DNA from: a virus | Taxonomy: Duplodnaviria > Caudoviricetes | IMG/VR virus record: IMGVR_UViG_3300032272_000042 | Coordinates: 1 to 36,872 of that record | Direction: 5' to 3' (one strand) | Length of the DNA stretch: 36,872 nucleotides | Shown here: piece by piece, positions 9,300 to 17,475 of the stretch | Layout of the letters: every line of letters starts with the position of its first letter | Numbering within the stretch: position 1 is the first letter of the stretch | Position numbers and translations under genes: made by a program | The notes under the pieces: generated by a model | The model's database searches: none | The model's input: only the letters and a program-made list of their open reading frames with translations | What the model was told of the DNA's origin: nothing

Positions 9300-9815
9300 T
9301 TACTCTACTCCATAACGCACGTCAAATGCTGACTTCAAAAGCTTACTTGTATCTTGCACGTTAACCTTTAAGCCAACGCCTCTTGCGTACCCGATTAAAT
9401 ACTCAATGTTAGGACGCTGAGAGGCATAGCCGTCATCACCACTAACGCCGAACAAATCAATCTCTTGAACGCGCAAAAGAATTGCATAGGCCAACGCATA
9501 AGAAATTGAGCATTCTAAATAATCGCCAACTTCTGCAATAACATCGTCTAGCGGATACCTGATAGACATAGGAACATCAGGCTCTTTCTGGGCCATCATA
9601 ATAGGAGATGCAAAGTCGTTTAAAAACTCTACAGGCTCGCCAGAGTAATACATATTACGTCCTGCACAACCCTCACCTAATGTGCGCCAATCATCGTGAG
9701 GTTCGAAGTACAAGTCTAATGTATAGTCCTTCGCCCAAGGCAAGCCCCAGCGCACACCGTCTTTAGGTGCTAACTCTGAACCTGGGCCTTGGCCTATGAT
9801 GGCGACTCTACGCAT
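9300..9815 (-). CDS. Rossmann-like protein, possibly related to sialyltransferase/MAF-type glycosyltransferases
   Basis: VAIIGQGPG start, SISYALAYAI, EIDLFGV, QRPNIEYLIG motifs. Confidence 0.45.
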   Translation of the reverse strand: MRRVAIIGQGPGSELAPKDGVRWGLPWAKDYTLDLYFEPHDDWRTLGEGCAGRNMYYSGEPVEFLNDFASPIMMAQKEPDVPMSIRYPLDDVIAEVGDYLECSISYALAYAILLRVQEIDLFGVSGDDGYASQRPNIEYLIGYARGVGLKVNVQDTSKLLKSAFDVRYGVE

Positions 9816-10147
9816 TATGCTTTTGCCGTCATTTTCAAGGTGAATGTGAACTCTGGCGTTGTGCCGCCAATAGTGGCCTTGGCACGAACAAACTGCATAA
9901 AATTAGCCATAGCTTTAAACTCAGTCGTTGTTGTAGTCGCCTGAGTGAATGTTGTATGGGGAAACCACACGGTGCCGTCTGCGCTATGCTCAATGATAAC
10001 GTCAGCAGTTGGCGTTGTGCCTGTTACCGCCGTTACACTCAATGCTGCGTTGCCTTCTTTGAAGCTAACAACGCTAACAGGGGACGCCGTTGCCGTAGCC
10101 GCTAAAGCGGTGCCTGTCTGGAGGGTAATCGTTTGATTTCTAGCCAT
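9815..10147 (-). CDS. Beta-sandwich virion (head spike/decoration) protein
   Basis: Thr-rich; SVTAVTGTTPT..V.IEHSADGT.W and FVRAK.TIGGTTP pattern. Confidence 0.55.
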   Translation of the reverse strand: MARNQTITLQTGTALAATATASPVSVVSFKEGNAALSVTAVTGTTPTADVIIEHSADGTVWFPHTTFTQATTTTTEFKAMANFMQFVRAKATIGGTTPEFTFTLKMTAKA

Positions 10148-10149
10148 GA

Positions 10150-10455
10150 TTATACTTTCGTTTCTGAGGTTCTGAATGCTGCCATATCTGGGTCATTAAG
10201 AAAGGCCCTCATGCCAACTTTCGGGTCAATATCGTTTGCTTTCCACATCGCCTGCAATTCAGCAAGCACGTGGATCGGAACACTTGCGACTAGCTGCATT
10301 TCATGCCCACGCCCAAGGTCATCATTCTTGATAGCCTTGTTTCTGTCAATCAAGCCAGACACGTCACCACTATTCTTAATAATCAGCCTGTCTTCAGACT
10401 CATCATAATCCATCGTGGTTGTTACGCCGCCGTGATGTGATAAAAACTCAGCCAT
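10150..10455 (-). CDS. Conserved head-region phage protein
   Basis: VASVP and FLNDPD.AAFRT motifs common downstream of MCP in such podophages; tight coupling to neighbours. Confidence 0.6.
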   Translation of the reverse strand: MAEFLSHHGGVTTTMDYDESEDRLIIKNSGDVSGLIDRNKAIKNDDLGRGHEMQLVASVPIHVLAELQAMWKANDIDPKVGMRAFLNDPDMAAFRTSETKV

Positions 10456-10667
10456 TACACAGCAACCCGTTTCATGCGTCCATCGTCTTCACCGATTAGG
10501 ACAGTTTCGTCGTCTTTAGTCGCTTTTGCTTGCTTACGTTTAATAAGGAAGTCAGCAGTCTCGGTCTTGACTTCTGCAACGTCAAACTGGAAAAGCTTTA
10601 CGTCTTCATCAACAAATACGTTGCTAACCATAATCATAATCTTTTTATTCGGAGCCGTATTAGCCAT
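10455..10667 (-). CDS. Small hypothetical head-region protein
   Basis: GAGGGG RBS before ATG 10667; stop overlaps the next start. Confidence 0.55.
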   Translation of the reverse strand: MANTAPNKKIMIMVSNVFVDEDVKLFQFDVAEVKTETADFLIKRKQAKATKDDETVLIGEDDGRMKRVAV

Positions 10668-10698
10668 AATCTTTTCCCCTCTCAGAGAATTAATGTGC

Positions 10699-10721
10699 GG
10701 GGCCAGCACAACGCCAGCCCC
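10699..10721 (-). terminator. GC-rich hairpin after the decoration gene
   Basis: GGGGCTGGC-GTTGT-GCTGGCCCC; no strong U-tract. Confidence 0.35.
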
Positions 10722-10728
10722 TTACACG

Positions 10729-11091
10729 TTAGTTTGTGGATAGTTTCAAAACCACTGTATAGGTGGCAGAAACAGTGTTTGTGCTTGCACCAGACGTAAT
10801 CAATTCGATAACATCACCAGCGACAACAGTATTTGCAGCCGTTGGGCTTGCGCTATGAACATCACCAGCAGCAGAACTTGTGTGAGTGATAGAGATGGAA
10901 CTACCTGTTACGGCTGTGCCATTAATCTCACAAGTGATAACCGCAGGGGCTGTTGCAATCGCGCCGTCAATAACAGAATAGATTGTTTCAATCTGTCCGT
11001 CAGTTGGGGCCACGATAAACACAGAACCAGCCGTAGAAACATCGGTTTCAGTGACTGTTAAGTTTACATGGTCTAAGGTTTGAATACCCAT
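10729..11091 (-). CDS. Capsid decoration protein
   Basis: Immediately after MCP; beta-rich, DVSTAGS, AP.DG.I, VVAGDVIE pattern. Confidence 0.6.
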   Translation of the reverse strand: MGIQTLDHVNLTVTETDVSTAGSVFIVAPTDGQIETIYSVIDGAIATAPAVITCEINGTAVTGSSISITHTSSAAGDVHSASPTAANTVVAGDVIELITSGASTNTVSATYTVVLKLSTN

Positions 11092-11118
11092 AATCTAGCT
11101 TCCTTTCAATAGTGAGGA

Positions 11119-11142
11119 AGGGGACAGCCGAAGCCATCCCCT
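11119..11142 (-). terminator. UUCG-tetraloop hairpin after MCP (terminator/stabiliser)
   Basis: AGGGGATGGC-TTCG-GCTGTCCCCT just downstream of the MCP stop. Confidence 0.6.
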
Positions 11143-11149
11143 AACCAGA

Positions 11150-12094
11150 TTAAGACGTTGTAAGATCAGCAACGATAGCGCAAGCTGATTCGTCACGAAC
11201 CTCAAGAGTCCATTCGCACAACAGTTGCTTACGTTCACTGTCACCAGTTTTAGCAAGGTTAACTGTTTCCATGTTGCGAAGTGTGGCAAACGCGATTTGA
11301 TCGGATTGCAGCAACAACGCTGAACGGCTACGAATGTGGCGTGATGGAACGATTTGAAGCTCACCGAAATCTGAAACATAAATGTCAGCAGAAGCGATGA
11401 TTTTCTTATCGTCAACATCTTTAAACTTGGTTGCAACGCCAGTGAAGCCAGAAGCTACACGCTTGTTGAAAGAACCAGTGTAAAGCTTGTCTGGGTTGCC
11501 GCCATTGTCCCACGCGCTCTGGTGAGCGTTCAAGAGCAATGTTTCAGTGAACGCACGTTGCGTGCCATCTGTACGACCATCCGCACTGTTGCCAGCAGGA
11601 TCGGAACCACCAGCACCAGCAGACGTGTTAGATGTGAGGTATGTTTCAATACCCCCAGCTTCACGTGCCAAAGTGTCAGTGCCAGCAGCTTTGACGTTGT
11701 TCGAGAACATTGTGGATTCAATATCCGTCTTCAGTTCACGACCACGCTTGATAAGCTGATAGGCCATTTCTTTATCACGACCAGCTTTGTTAACAGCATC
11801 CTGCGTACCAGTTACGCGAACAACCTTATCAGAGATTGCTGTGTAGTTGGACAAGCGGGTTGTTGCTGAAGAAGCGTCAGTGGTTGCATCGTCGCCTTCA
11901 ATTACGAAGTTAGCAGCAGAAGGTGCAGCCAATGAGTCAGCTTGCCATTCGTGCAAGACGCCTGTTGCTGTTACGTTTGCAGCAGACGACAAGAGAGGTG
12001 TTTCCCAAGGTGAAACGTCATAAATAACGTCCACAAGGTCTTCACGGTTGCCGATAGCATCGTATGTCGAAAAGGTATTGGTGGGTTGTGCCAT
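11150..12094 (-). CDS. Major capsid protein (HK97 fold, SU10/DUF5309-like)
   Basis: GNREDL.D.IYDVSP.ETP, HEWQ.D.L, KELK.DIE-like, Y.SDFG and LAKTGDSE motifs; follows the scaffold; AGGAG RBS. Confidence 0.93.
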   Translation of the reverse strand: MAQPTNTFSTYDAIGNREDLVDVIYDVSPWETPLLSSAANVTATGVLHEWQADSLAAPSAANFVIEGDDATTDASSATTRLSNYTAISDKVVRVTGTQDAVNKAGRDKEMAYQLIKRGRELKTDIESTMFSNNVKAAGTDTLAREAGGIETYLTSNTSAGAGGSDPAGNSADGRTDGTQRAFTETLLLNAHQSAWDNGGNPDKLYTGSFNKRVASGFTGVATKFKDVDDKKIIASADIYVSDFGELQIVPSRHIRSRSALLLQSDQIAFATLRNMETVNLAKTGDSERKQLLCEWTLEVRDESACAIVADLTTS

Positions 12095-12114
12095 TTTAAT
12101 GTACTCCTAAGAAT

Positions 12115-13101
12115 TTAAGACAGAAGGAAGTTGACAGCATCGTCAACGCTCCCCGATTTGCGGAGTTTAGAACGGGCCTTTTTATTTGCGGCCTGAGTGC
12201 TTGCCTTTGCGCTTTTCTTTACGCCGGGACGGATCACGCGTGGCTTACCTTTGACCTTCTTAGCAACTACGCCCTTCTTAGATTGAAGCTCATCATATTT
12301 GCGAGCTTTATCTAAAACAACGACTGCACGATGGTCTAGGAGGCTTGCGGCCTCGTCTTTTGAATACCCAGAACCCTGCATATAGGTCAGAATGTTCGCC
12401 TTGTACTGGCTTGCGTTCTCGCCTTTTAATTCAGGGATTGCCTCAACTAGCTTTGCCTGTTCTTTTTGAACATGCTCTGCCATTTTCTGTTGCTGCTGCT
12501 GCATTTCAACTTGGCTAAGGCGTTGACGTTCAGCTTGGCTTGCCTGTGCGGCTTGCTGCTTTGCGTCGAACTTAGCACGTGCTGTAATGTAGCCTAGAGG
12601 GTCTTCATCAGCGAATTGCTCCCATTGCTCAGGAGTGCGTTCGTCTGACTGTTCCGTTGTTGCTTGCATCTCAAGCATTCGCTTAAGGTGTTCACGTTCC
12701 GCGTTAATAGACTCGCGCTCTGCTTCCAGTTCTTTCCGTTGTGAAGCAAGGTCTTGAGTCTTTCTGGTGTAGTCAGCTTGGCGTTCGTAGCTTCTTTGGA
12801 CTTCCTCAAGTGGTATCACTTCGCCGTTAATTTCGACAGCAATGTCTTCAGGTTGTTCTTCAGCTTCTTCAGCAGCTTCATACGTTTCTTCATCGTCACC
12901 GTCATATTCAGGATCGGTAACTTCAGCGTCCATTTCTTCAGCTTCGTTTTCTTCAACGGGTGCTGCTTCAACTTCTTCTGTTTCAACTTCCAGATTGTCG
13001 GGTGTAGCTTTGCTATCCGCTAAAATTCCAGCAAGTTTGTCTACGCCTTCATCATATGAAAGCGTAGTATTGCCAGTTCCGTTAGGAGTATTGGCGTCCA
13101 T
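12115..13101 (-). CDS. Capsid scaffolding protein
   Basis: Acidic N-terminus, YERQADYTRKTQ motif, coiled coil, DHRA..VL.KA.KYD, basic tail with SGSVDDA; GGAG RBS before ATG 13101. Confidence 0.9.
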   Translation of the reverse strand: MDANTPNGTGNTTLSYDEGVDKLAGILADSKATPDNLEVETEEVEAAPVEENEAEEMDAEVTDPEYDGDDEETYEAAEEAEEQPEDIAVEINGEVIPLEEVQRSYERQADYTRKTQDLASQRKELEAERESINAEREHLKRMLEMQATTEQSDERTPEQWEQFADEDPLGYITARAKFDAKQQAAQASQAERQRLSQVEMQQQQQKMAEHVQKEQAKLVEAIPELKGENASQYKANILTYMQGSGYSKDEAASLLDHRAVVVLDKARKYDELQSKKGVVAKKVKGKPRVIRPGVKKSAKASTQAANKKARSKLRKSGSVDDAVNFLLS

Positions 13102-13162
13102 AGTATTAGTCTCCAAAGAGATAGACGACACTTCGCAGTGTTGCCTCTCGGTTAAAAGAAAC

Positions 13163-13181
13163 GGGCGTTATCACAACGCTC
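13163..13181 (-). promoter_or_regulatory. GUGA(U)-loop hairpin upstream of the scaffold gene
   Basis: Minus strand GAGCGTT-GTGAT-AACGCCC followed by GTTTCTTTT. Confidence 0.5.
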
Positions 13182-13189
13182 GAATCAGG

Positions 13190-13474
13190 TTAAAACCTAA
13201 ATCGGCTCTTTGGCTTTGAAACTTCCTCCAAAACCTTCGCAGATAGTTTGCCGTTCTCAACTGCAACAGAGAGGTGTCGGCGCACCATCTTGCAAACTTT
13301 AATCGCCTCCGCAAAGCGAAAGCGTCCTAAATCATCATTATCAGCAACATGTAGCAATGCTTTTAGGTAGTCTTCTTCACATTGCTCAAACGCTCTTTTT
13401 AGTGCTGCATCTTTTAAGAGGCGTTCCGCGCTCTCTGCGCTGCGTACTGCCTCTAAATCTGTTACGTTATCCAT
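13190..13474 (-). CDS. Conserved small helical protein usually found between portal and scaffold
   Basis: AERLLKD..LK.AF pattern and synteny. Confidence 0.65.
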   Translation of the reverse strand: MDNVTDLEAVRSAESAERLLKDAALKRAFEQCEEDYLKALLHVADNDDLGRFRFAEAIKVCKMVRRHLSVAVENGKLSAKVLEEVSKPKSRFRF

Positions 13475-13482
13475 AGTTGCCC

Positions 13483-15108
13483 CTAGCAGTTATGAACGAC
13501 AAAACCATTTGCATAATACCTATGGTTTCCGTCGAGGTGTAAATCGTAAAGCTTCATATCATCGTCATAGTTTTTTGAGCTAAGACCTTCAACCGTCACA
13601 TTACCTTTATTAGTTTGTAGGACAGTCCCGTTCTGAAGTGTTCCAGAGAAAAACTCTGTGTCTTTCCTATGGCTGTTCTCAGGGCTAATTGATACCCATT
13701 TCCCGTCTTCGCGCAAAAACGGGTGATCCCATGTAACAAAGTCTTCGCTACCATTCATTCTGTAGAGTGTCCGACTGCCTAAGTCTGGCGTATCAATATC
13801 AACGACCTTGTTAGAACCGCCATTCGTGTCATCAACAAAGTCGCCAACAACAATCTCAGCTATGCGCTTGGCAGTCCCGTCAGCCATTGTTACAAGTGCG
13901 TCTTCATGGAAGCACGTATAGCCACTGCCGCCACCTTCATTACCGCCTCTTGCGTTGCTCTCGCCAGCAGAACTTGATCCACGACCGCCGCCACCCAAAG
14001 CACCGCCGCCTATAGATGAACGGCTTCTAGCAGACTCAGACGCACTCATAGAACCTCTGCTGCCTGAGCGACCAGCAGCAGCTCTTGCAGCAGCTTGGGC
14101 GGCTTTAATTTTCTGAGCTTTCACCTCAAGCTCGCGCTTCTTGCGCTCTTCTAGAGTTCGCTGCTGACCCATTTGATTAATCGTACTAGGGTCAAGTAAC
14201 GCGCCTTGAGGACCTCCCCACTTCTGAGTCATTGCGTTCAATAGACCTACATTATCCATTGCCTGCATGTTACGCATGTTGTTCTCTGTGAGTGGATTGG
14301 CGGTTGGGCGACCATCAACGATGTGGCTGTTGGCAATATCATTCAGCAAGCCGTTCTCTGCTGTGTGCTTGTTGTAATCCTTAACCATAGCCTTTTCGTC
14401 TTCGTCTAACTCTTCGCCGCGCATAGCCTTAGCAACAGCATCCTTACGGTCCTTCAAGATGTCGTCAGGTGAGCCATACATAAAATCTGGACTCATTATG
14501 TCTTCAAAGAACCCAATGTTGCCGTATGCGTCAAACGCCTCGTTAGCCTTCTGTCTAGCGACCTCACCAGTAACCATGCTACCAAGAGCGAAAGGTGACG
14601 CGACAAAGTTACCAAGACCTCCAAGGGTCTTCTGTGTTAAATCCCAAGCTTGCGATTGATCCTCTAAGTTTGAACCTGAGAAGTTACCCAAGCCACGGCT
14701 ATCAAGGCCAAGTGCGCCAGTTAGAGAGCCGCCCTCACCACCATCAGTGCCAAGACCACTAAAGATGCCACCAGAGAGGTTACTCCACCCCTTCTTCAAG
14801 TCATCCGCAAAGTTGCCAGTGTAAGGTGACGATGGTGTTGGCGCATTCCAGCCATCGCTGCTTTCATATCCCCGTTGTTGAGGGTATGACCCCAACGCCG
14901 CGCTTGCCGTCTCAGTGGGAGGGGGAGAAACCACGCCAGCAGGGGCATTAGGGTCATTCTGTGTGTATGTGGTGTAAGGATTGTTAAATTGTGCTTGCCA
15001 CGCCAATTCTTCCGGGTTTTGTGTCCCCCAGATGTTCGAACCATAAAAGCCCACCCCATTTGCAGGAGTAGGTTGCTGATTTAAGATAGAATACAACGTG
15101 TTAGCCAT
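13483..15108 (-). CDS. Gly-rich putative virion protein with C-terminal Hint/mini-intein domain
   Basis: Residues 399-541: block A CFHEDALVTMADG, block B VTWDHPF, block F LYDLHLDGNHRYYANG, block G VVHN/C then stop. Confidence 0.88.
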   Translation of the reverse strand: MANTLYSILNQQPTPANGVGFYGSNIWGTQNPEELAWQAQFNNPYTTYTQNDPNAPAGVVSPPPTETASAALGSYPQQRGYESSDGWNAPTPSSPYTGNFADDLKKGWSNLSGGIFSGLGTDGGEGGSLTGALGLDSRGLGNFSGSNLEDQSQAWDLTQKTLGGLGNFVASPFALGSMVTGEVARQKANEAFDAYGNIGFFEDIMSPDFMYGSPDDILKDRKDAVAKAMRGEELDEDEKAMVKDYNKHTAENGLLNDIANSHIVDGRPTANPLTENNMRNMQAMDNVGLLNAMTQKWGGPQGALLDPSTINQMGQQRTLEERKKRELEVKAQKIKAAQAAARAAAGRSGSRGSMSASESARSRSSIGGGALGGGGRGSSSAGESNARGGNEGGGSGYTCFHEDALVTMADGTAKRIAEIVVGDFVDDTNGGSNKVVDIDTPDLGSRTLYRMNGSEDFVTWDHPFLREDGKWVSISPENSHRKDTEFFSGTLQNGTVLQTNKGNVTVEGLSSKNYDDDMKLYDLHLDGNHRYYANGFVVHNC

Positions 15109-15122
15109 GTTTAACGTCCTCT

Positions 15123-15167
15123 GTGTTGTATTTTAGCACCTGTGTTGCTGTAATGCAACAGGTGTTG
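15123..15167 (-). promoter_or_regulatory. Putative sigma70-type promoter for the Hint gene, with overlapping inverted and direct repeats
   Basis: TTGCAT (15158-15153)-N17-TAAAAT (15135-15130); inverted repeat CACCTG-TTGC...GCAA-CA-CAGGTG; GTGTTG at 15123, 15142 and 15162. Confidence 0.5.
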
Positions 15168-15169
15168 CT

Positions 15170-15526
15170 TTAAAGTTCCATCAACAATAATAAAAACTCT
15201 TCTTCTTCAAGCTGGGCTATGTTCGCCCTTAGAATCTCGATTAACTGCTTCCACGCAACCAAGTCGCAAGGTGCCGTGTCGTTAGCCGCACTGAGGTTCG
15301 CAACCTGTTTAACAAGCACTTCAGCATCTTTAGCTTGCTCTCTACCCAAAGACAGGCCTCTAACAGCCTTGACAACGTGCCGAACAATCCTCTTTTCTGG
15401 CTTGTCTTGCACATCAATCGTGTAACCCTCGCATTGTACATATCTATTCTTTATAAACTTAGGCCGTAACCGCTTCTTTTTACTGAAGCCGCCAACAGGC
15501 TCATTGAGTAAAAGACCTGCTAACAT
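15170..15526 (-). CDS. Hypothetical head-region protein with EEEEFLLLL C-terminus
   Basis: TAATG coupling at 15526; acidic-then-Leu tail seen in podophage head accessory proteins. Confidence 0.6.
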   Translation of the reverse strand: MLAGLLLNEPVGGFSKKKRLRPKFIKNRYVQCEGYTIDVQDKPEKRIVRHVVKAVRGLSLGREQAKDAEVLVKQVANLSAANDTAPCDLVAWKQLIEILRANIAQLEEEEFLLLLMEL

Positions 15527-15984
15527 TACCTTTTTGCATCCCACGCGCTGAACTGCTCACCAATGGGGATATGAATATACCCGACAGTTACAGACACACG
15601 CGCCGTGCTGTTAGTCACACATTGAAGGACAGCATCCTCCCAGCCACGCCAGCCGTGAGGGATGCTCACGCTCAAGTTCACGCTGTTGTTGGTTAGGTCA
15701 GCTTCATAAAGTGTTTCGGTGTTCACGCCATCTGAGTAGATAATATCAACCGTGCCACCAACTTTCTTTGCCGCACCTATCAATATGTTTGTCACAACGA
15801 GAGCACCACCGTTAGGAGGCATCGCCAAGTCTGTTGTTGTGGCTGTAGTTATTAGCGAGGTCTTGAATACCCCGTGGATTTCAAAGTATGAAGAGACAAC
15901 CTGCAACAGGTGACCGTTAAAAGACTTGGCTGCATGCCAGACAAGTCTAGTCGCAGGGTCGTATATTGCAGATTTTATACTCAT
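15526..15984 (-). CDS. Beta-rich putative virion protein
   Basis: Coupled ORF in the head insert; alternating hydrophobic beta pattern. Confidence 0.55.
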   Translation of the reverse strand: MSIKSAIYDPATRLVWHAAKSFNGHLLQVVSSYFEIHGVFKTSLITTATTTDLAMPPNGGALVVTNILIGAAKKVGGTVDIIYSDGVNTETLYEADLTNNSVNLSVSIPHGWRGWEDAVLQCVTNSTARVSVTVGYIHIPIGEQFSAWDAKR

Positions 15985-16571
15985 ACTTCGTTACTTTCCA
16001 TATAGAAAGATGCACGTGCATAGATCAATCCGCCCGTCTGGTCGCCTGTGTAACTAATTTCCATCGTGTCATTTGGGCCAAGACGTACAGCACCCTCTTT
16101 GTTCCATACGTTCATATCACCGTCAGCTCTTGTGTACCAGCGATCCATTTCAACAGCCGTTCCGGCAAGGACAGGTGTGTTGTTGTATATGGTGGCTTCG
16201 GCAGTGTTACCTGACTTACGGTTGACGTTTACGGGAACCGTAAGCGTGCCGCCTGACGCATAGGTGCGATTAAAGGCTACAGTCACATAGTTTGCCACGT
16301 TTGGAATAGCTGTGCCGCCTGTAGGCGCGACAATCTGGTGGCGAATATAAGTAAACACCATATCCTTTGTGCTGGACGTGTTCTTGAGGTGTAGAACAGG
16401 GACCGTAGCAGCAGAGAGCGTAGCTGTTCCAACAACTTGATAGGCTTGACCGTCGCGCTGTGAGATAGCGTGCTGTGAGCTTTCGACTTCAGCCCGAACC
16501 TCTAGCTGGTTGTTTTTGTTTACGCCAGCAGATGACCCGCGACCTTGTGCGTCTTCAATAAATATACCCAT
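15981..16571 (-). CDS. Putative head fibre/decoration protein, paralogue 2
   Basis: Collinear similarity to 16571..17158 (QAYQV.G.ATLS, TYIR.Q, GGTA.P, SGGT...PVN, DGD.N..NKEG, YTGDQT.G). Confidence 0.65.
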   Translation of the reverse strand: MGIFIEDAQGRGSSAGVNKNNQLEVRAEVESSQHAISQRDGQAYQVVGTATLSAATVPVLHLKNTSSTKDMVFTYIRHQIVAPTGGTAIPNVANYVTVAFNRTYASGGTLTVPVNVNRKSGNTAEATIYNNTPVLAGTAVEMDRWYTRADGDMNVWNKEGAVRLGPNDTMEISYTGDQTGGLIYARASFYMESNEV

Positions 16572-17158
16572 TAGTCATGCTCCTGCATCATTACGAATGA
16601 CAAACGCACATAGACTGTGCCGCTTGTTTGGTCGCCTGTGTAATTGAATTGAATTGATTGCCCCTGACGAATGATGATGGAGCCTTCTTTGTTAAATGAG
16701 TTCTTATCACCATCAGACACTGGAAACCACTTATCTACTGTAGAACCAGCCACCACAGTTGGGTCGCCTTGGTAAGCTGTCACAATAGGCAAGTTACCAC
16801 TTGATACTGTTGTGTTAACTGGCGTTGCCACTGTGCCGCCTGAAGTATAAGAGCCGCCCAAATCAATCGAAAAATAGTTCCCGCTATCTGGCAAGGCTGT
16901 GCCACCTGAAGAACCAACAACCTGTGTGCGGATATACGTCACGACAATACGGTTGTCTGCGTTGTTGTTTGTGATAATCAACGGGGTAACAGTACCAGAT
17001 GAAAGCGTTGCCTCTCCGATAACCTGATATGCTTGTTGATCCTCATCAGCAATGGTGTGCTGGAATGCTTCAGAGTAAGCCCGAACCTGTAAGCGGTTGC
17101 TGTCATCAACAGACGCAAGCTTCCCATTACCTGTGCCACTTTTAATTACGTTTGACAT
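16571..17158 (-). CDS. Putative head fibre/decoration protein, paralogue 1
   Basis: Paralogue of 15981..16571; TAATG coupling on both sides. Confidence 0.65.
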   Translation of the reverse strand: MSNVIKSGTGNGKLASVDDSNRLQVRAYSEAFQHTIADEDQQAYQVIGEATLSSGTVTPLIITNNNADNRIVVTYIRTQVVGSSGGTALPDSGNYFSIDLGGSYTSGGTVATPVNTTVSSGNLPIVTAYQGDPTVVAGSTVDKWFPVSDGDKNSFNKEGSIIIRQGQSIQFNYTGDQTSGTVYVRLSFVMMQEHD

Positions 17159-17475
17159 TAATCTACTTCCTCAATAGTTGGGTGTGCTTCTGTTAGCAAC
17201 TCCAGATGGAACACTTGAACCTTTAGAAGGTCGCGTATCTCAGTTAAAAGAGCATCGCGCTCCTCGTTGTCTGTCGAATAAACGCCAATACCATTTTTCA
17301 TTGCCTCCTTGGAGGCGATAACATTTAGTCTTGCGTCTGTATCAGAAGGATCAGCAAGGAACACAGCCTCACGGTGAGCCTCTGTGCTTCCGTCAGATTG
17401 AGTAATAACAGTCGTGTCTAAGGCTTTAAGACTTGTCCCAACTGGTAAAAACCCTTCTGTAACCTCATCCGCCAT
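17158..17475 (-). CDS. Hypothetical virion protein
   Basis: Overlaps the portal stop; HREAV..ADP and LLTEIRDLLK helix. Confidence 0.55.
   Translation of the reverse strand: MADEVTEGFLPVGTSLKALDTTVITQSDGSTEAHREAVFLADPSDTDARLNVIASKEAMKNGIGVYSTDNEERDALLTEIRDLLKVQVFHLELLTEAHPTIEEVD

Noticed and set aside
11095-11436. Programmed frameshift extension of the major capsid protein
   Set aside because: The overlapping ORF is in another frame with no clear slippery site near the MCP stop and would add only a short tail across the hairpin; treated as a shadow ORF.
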